DNA of 64,000 bases from Thermoleophilia bacterium (GTDB lineage: Bacteria > Actinomycetota > Thermoleophilia > Gaiellales > SKUG01). Made by a program: the position numbers and the translations under genes. The first letter of the stretch is position 1. Every line of letters begins with the position of its first letter. The notes under the pieces were generated by a model, which saw only the letters and a list, made by a program, of their open reading frames with translations, was not told the origin of the DNA and did no database searches. The stretch is taken from contig JAOPYV010000167.1 in the NCBI GenBank assembly GCA_025964435.1, positions 1,419-65,418 of the forward strand, written 5' to 3'. Shown here piece by piece: positions 62,516 to 64,000 of the stretch.

Positions 62516-64000
62516 CGGAGCCCTCCGTCACGGCGAGGAAGGCGTCTTCGAGGTCGGCGTGGTCGGCGACGACCTCCTCGAGCGTGCCGGCTGCGAGCAC
62601 GCGGCCGCGTGCGATCAGCACGACGTGGGTGCAGACGCGCTCGAGCTCACCGAGCAGGTGGCTGGAGACGAGCACGGTGCGCCCGGATGCGGCGATCGAG
62701 CGGATGATCTGGCGCAGGTGGCGGATCTGCGCCGGGTCGAGCCCATTCGTCGGCTCATCGAGCACGACGAGGTCCGGCTCGCCCAACAGCGCCTGCGCGA
62801 TGCCGAGCCGCTGGCGCATGCCCTGCGACCACGTGCCGACCCGGCGGTCGGCATCGGCCAGCAGGTCGACCGTCGCCAGCGCCGCGTCGACGCTGGCGGC
62901 GTCGCCGGGTCGTCCAGTTGCGGAGGCGTAGCGGTGCAGGTGCTGGCGTCCGGTGCGATGCGGCAGCAGCCCCGGCCCTTCCACGAGCACGCCCGTGCGG
63001 CGCAGCATCGGGATGCCGGGGCGAACGCGCTGGCCATACAGGTGCGCCACGCCCTGCGTCGGGCGAACCAGCCCGAGCAGCATGCGCAGCACCGTGGTCT
63101 TGCCTGCGCCGTTGGGCCCGACGAGCCCGACGATCGTGCCGGCGTCGACGCGGAAGCTGACATCCTCGACGGCCTGGAAGCCGCCGCGGTAGCGCTTGGC
63201 CAGATCCGCAGCGCGGACGGGTACCTTGCGCCAGACCGGCTCCTGGATCCGATCACGGCTGCGGTGACGCCCGACCGACATGAGGATCGCCGCGAGCACC
63301 GCGGCCCCGAAGACGGCAGCGGCGGTCCAGAGCAGGGTCGTCCACGACGCACCCGATTCGAAGGTGTCGCTGGTGCGCGTGGGGTCGCGCGCCACCGGGA
63401 CCTGCAGCGCGTGGTCGGGCTCGGCGATCGACACGGCCCACTCGGCCGGGATCGGATCAGGCGCGTAGCCCGCGTCGGTGCTGCCGACCTCGATCCCGAT
63501 CCTGTGTCCGGGCGCGAGGCGCCACGCCACCGGTGTCAGCCGGACCTCGAAGCGCGCGCCCTGCCCCGAATCGAGCGCCGGCACCTCTTCCACGCGCAGC
63601 GGCGTGACCAGTCCGCGCGGCACCTGCACCTGCCCGCCCGGTGACACGTCGACCAGCCGCACGAAGAGCGTGCCGGTCGGGCGCGTGCCAGCCACGACGA
63701 GCGACACCTTCGTGGCGCCGATGATCTCCAGCCCCTCCGAGGCCGGGTCGGAGACGAAGCGCGCGCGCTGCCCCTCCGGCACCTGCAAGGCCAGCTCGCT
63801 CCGCGTCAGGTCACCGAGGCCCGGCAGCGTCGTGACAGCGCTCGGTCGGCCACTCGGCGGGTTCGCGAATCGAATGCGATCCGCCGCATCCACGTCCACG
63901 TCCGGGTGCAGCCGCAGCAGTCGCGACGTCGTCTCCAGCGGAACGGTCGGCGCATGCGCATGGCCACGGCGCGCGCCCAGCTCGATCGCCAGTCGCGGTC
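62508..64000 (-). CDS. Fusion protein: CocE/NonD-type hydrolase C-terminal beta-sandwich - TM helix - ABC ATPase; the 5' end lies outside the window
   Basis: The frame stays open to nt 64000. N-terminal part: [27 protein letters not shown]...[16 protein letters not shown], resembling the PepX_C/CocE C-domain. TM: [21 protein letters not shown] followed by basic residues. ABC motifs: [33 protein letters not shown]. Confidence 0.8.
   Translation of the reverse strand, partial: PRLAIELGARRGHAHAPTVPLETTSRLLRLHPDVDVDAADRIRFANPPSGRPSAVTTLPGLGDLTRSELALQVPEGQRARFVSDPASEGLEIIGATKVSLVVAGTRPTGTLFVRLVDVSPGGQVQVPRGLVTPLRVEEVPALDSGQGARFEVRLTPVAWRLAPGHRIGIEVGSTDAGYAPDPIPAEWAVSIAEPDHALQVPVARDPTRTSDTFESGASWTTLLWTAAAVFGAAVLAAILMSVGRHRSRDRIQEPVWRKVPVRAADLAKRYRGGFQAVEDVSFRVDAGTIVGLVGPNGAGKTTVLRMLLGLVRPTQGVAHLYGQRVRPGIPMLRRTGVLVEGPGLLPHRTGRQHLHRYASATGRPGDAASVDAALATVDLLADADRRVGTWSQGMRQRLGIAQALLGEPDLVVLDEPTNGLDPAQIRHLRQIIRSIAASGRTVLVSSHLLGELERVCTHVVLIARGRVLAAGTLEEVVADHADLEDAFLAVTEGSDA

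Noticed and set aside
60137-62707. 856-aa plus-strand ORF
   Set aside because: It overlaps five better-supported genes on both strands (Pro-rich protein, GATase in another frame, YciI, ABC-2 permease, ABC ATPase). It has extreme Arg/Ala content.
1-64000. rRNA, tRNA, tmRNA, transposase/IS elements, integrases, prophage genes and CRISPR-Cas
   Set aside because: No T-arm-like GGTTCGA(A/T)TCC context, no rRNA-like low-GC blocks, no DDE or serine/tyrosine recombinase motifs in any translated ORF, and no spaced direct repeats were seen. The lone HNH endonuclease has no flanking mobile-element features.

Overview
This is a ~70% GC window that looks like Actinomycetota chromosome (an LPXTG sorting signal, a SARP regulator and a MarP-like protease support this). 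It is densely coding. All family calls below come from motifs read in the supplied translations; no database search was possible.

Most of the window is ordinary core or accessory genes:
- An MMPL transporter fragment and an RlpA-like protein.
- Arginase.
- A MarP-like protease with a PAS histidine kinase and an OmpR-type response regulator.
- A CopC/CopD copper locus with a divergent TetR gene.
- Lon protease and an AcrB-type RND pump.
- YqjG-type GST, NAD-dependent isocitrate dehydrogenase, and an Lrp-CDO-membrane-PepF operon.
- EamA transporter, GluQRS, a secreted S1 protease and GreA.
- Glutamine amidotransferase, YciI and an ABC-2 exporter.

Four things stand out:
1. A SARP-centred module at 52.1-59.8 kb.
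   - An MccB/PaaA-like E1 adenylating enzyme is translationally coupled to a small ORF of 25 or 50 aa, too short for the supplied ORF track.
   - Its neighbours are a compact thermolysin-like peptidase and an ABC exporter destroyed by an internal deletion.
   - The regulator has an inverted layout (helical repeats at the N-terminus, SARP module at the C-terminus).
   - The regulator gene is flanked on both sides by helically phased TGACAG direct repeats.
   - I read this as a candidate, possibly decaying, RiPP-like peptide-modification locus.
2. A single 11.5-kb gene (21812-33304) for a ~3,830-aa secreted protein with a PA14 domain and many Ig/FN3-like domains in nested super-repeats. Its domain signature recurs in two nearby secreted proteins.
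3. A secreted fusion of a glycosidase-like barrel and a lysyl-oxidase-like domain. Both halves appear to lack catalytic residues.
4. Several structured or palindrome-rich intergenic elements.

No rRNA, tRNA, CRISPR array or transposase was recognised. Many long ORFs in the track are antisense or out-of-frame artefacts of the high GC content and were rejected.
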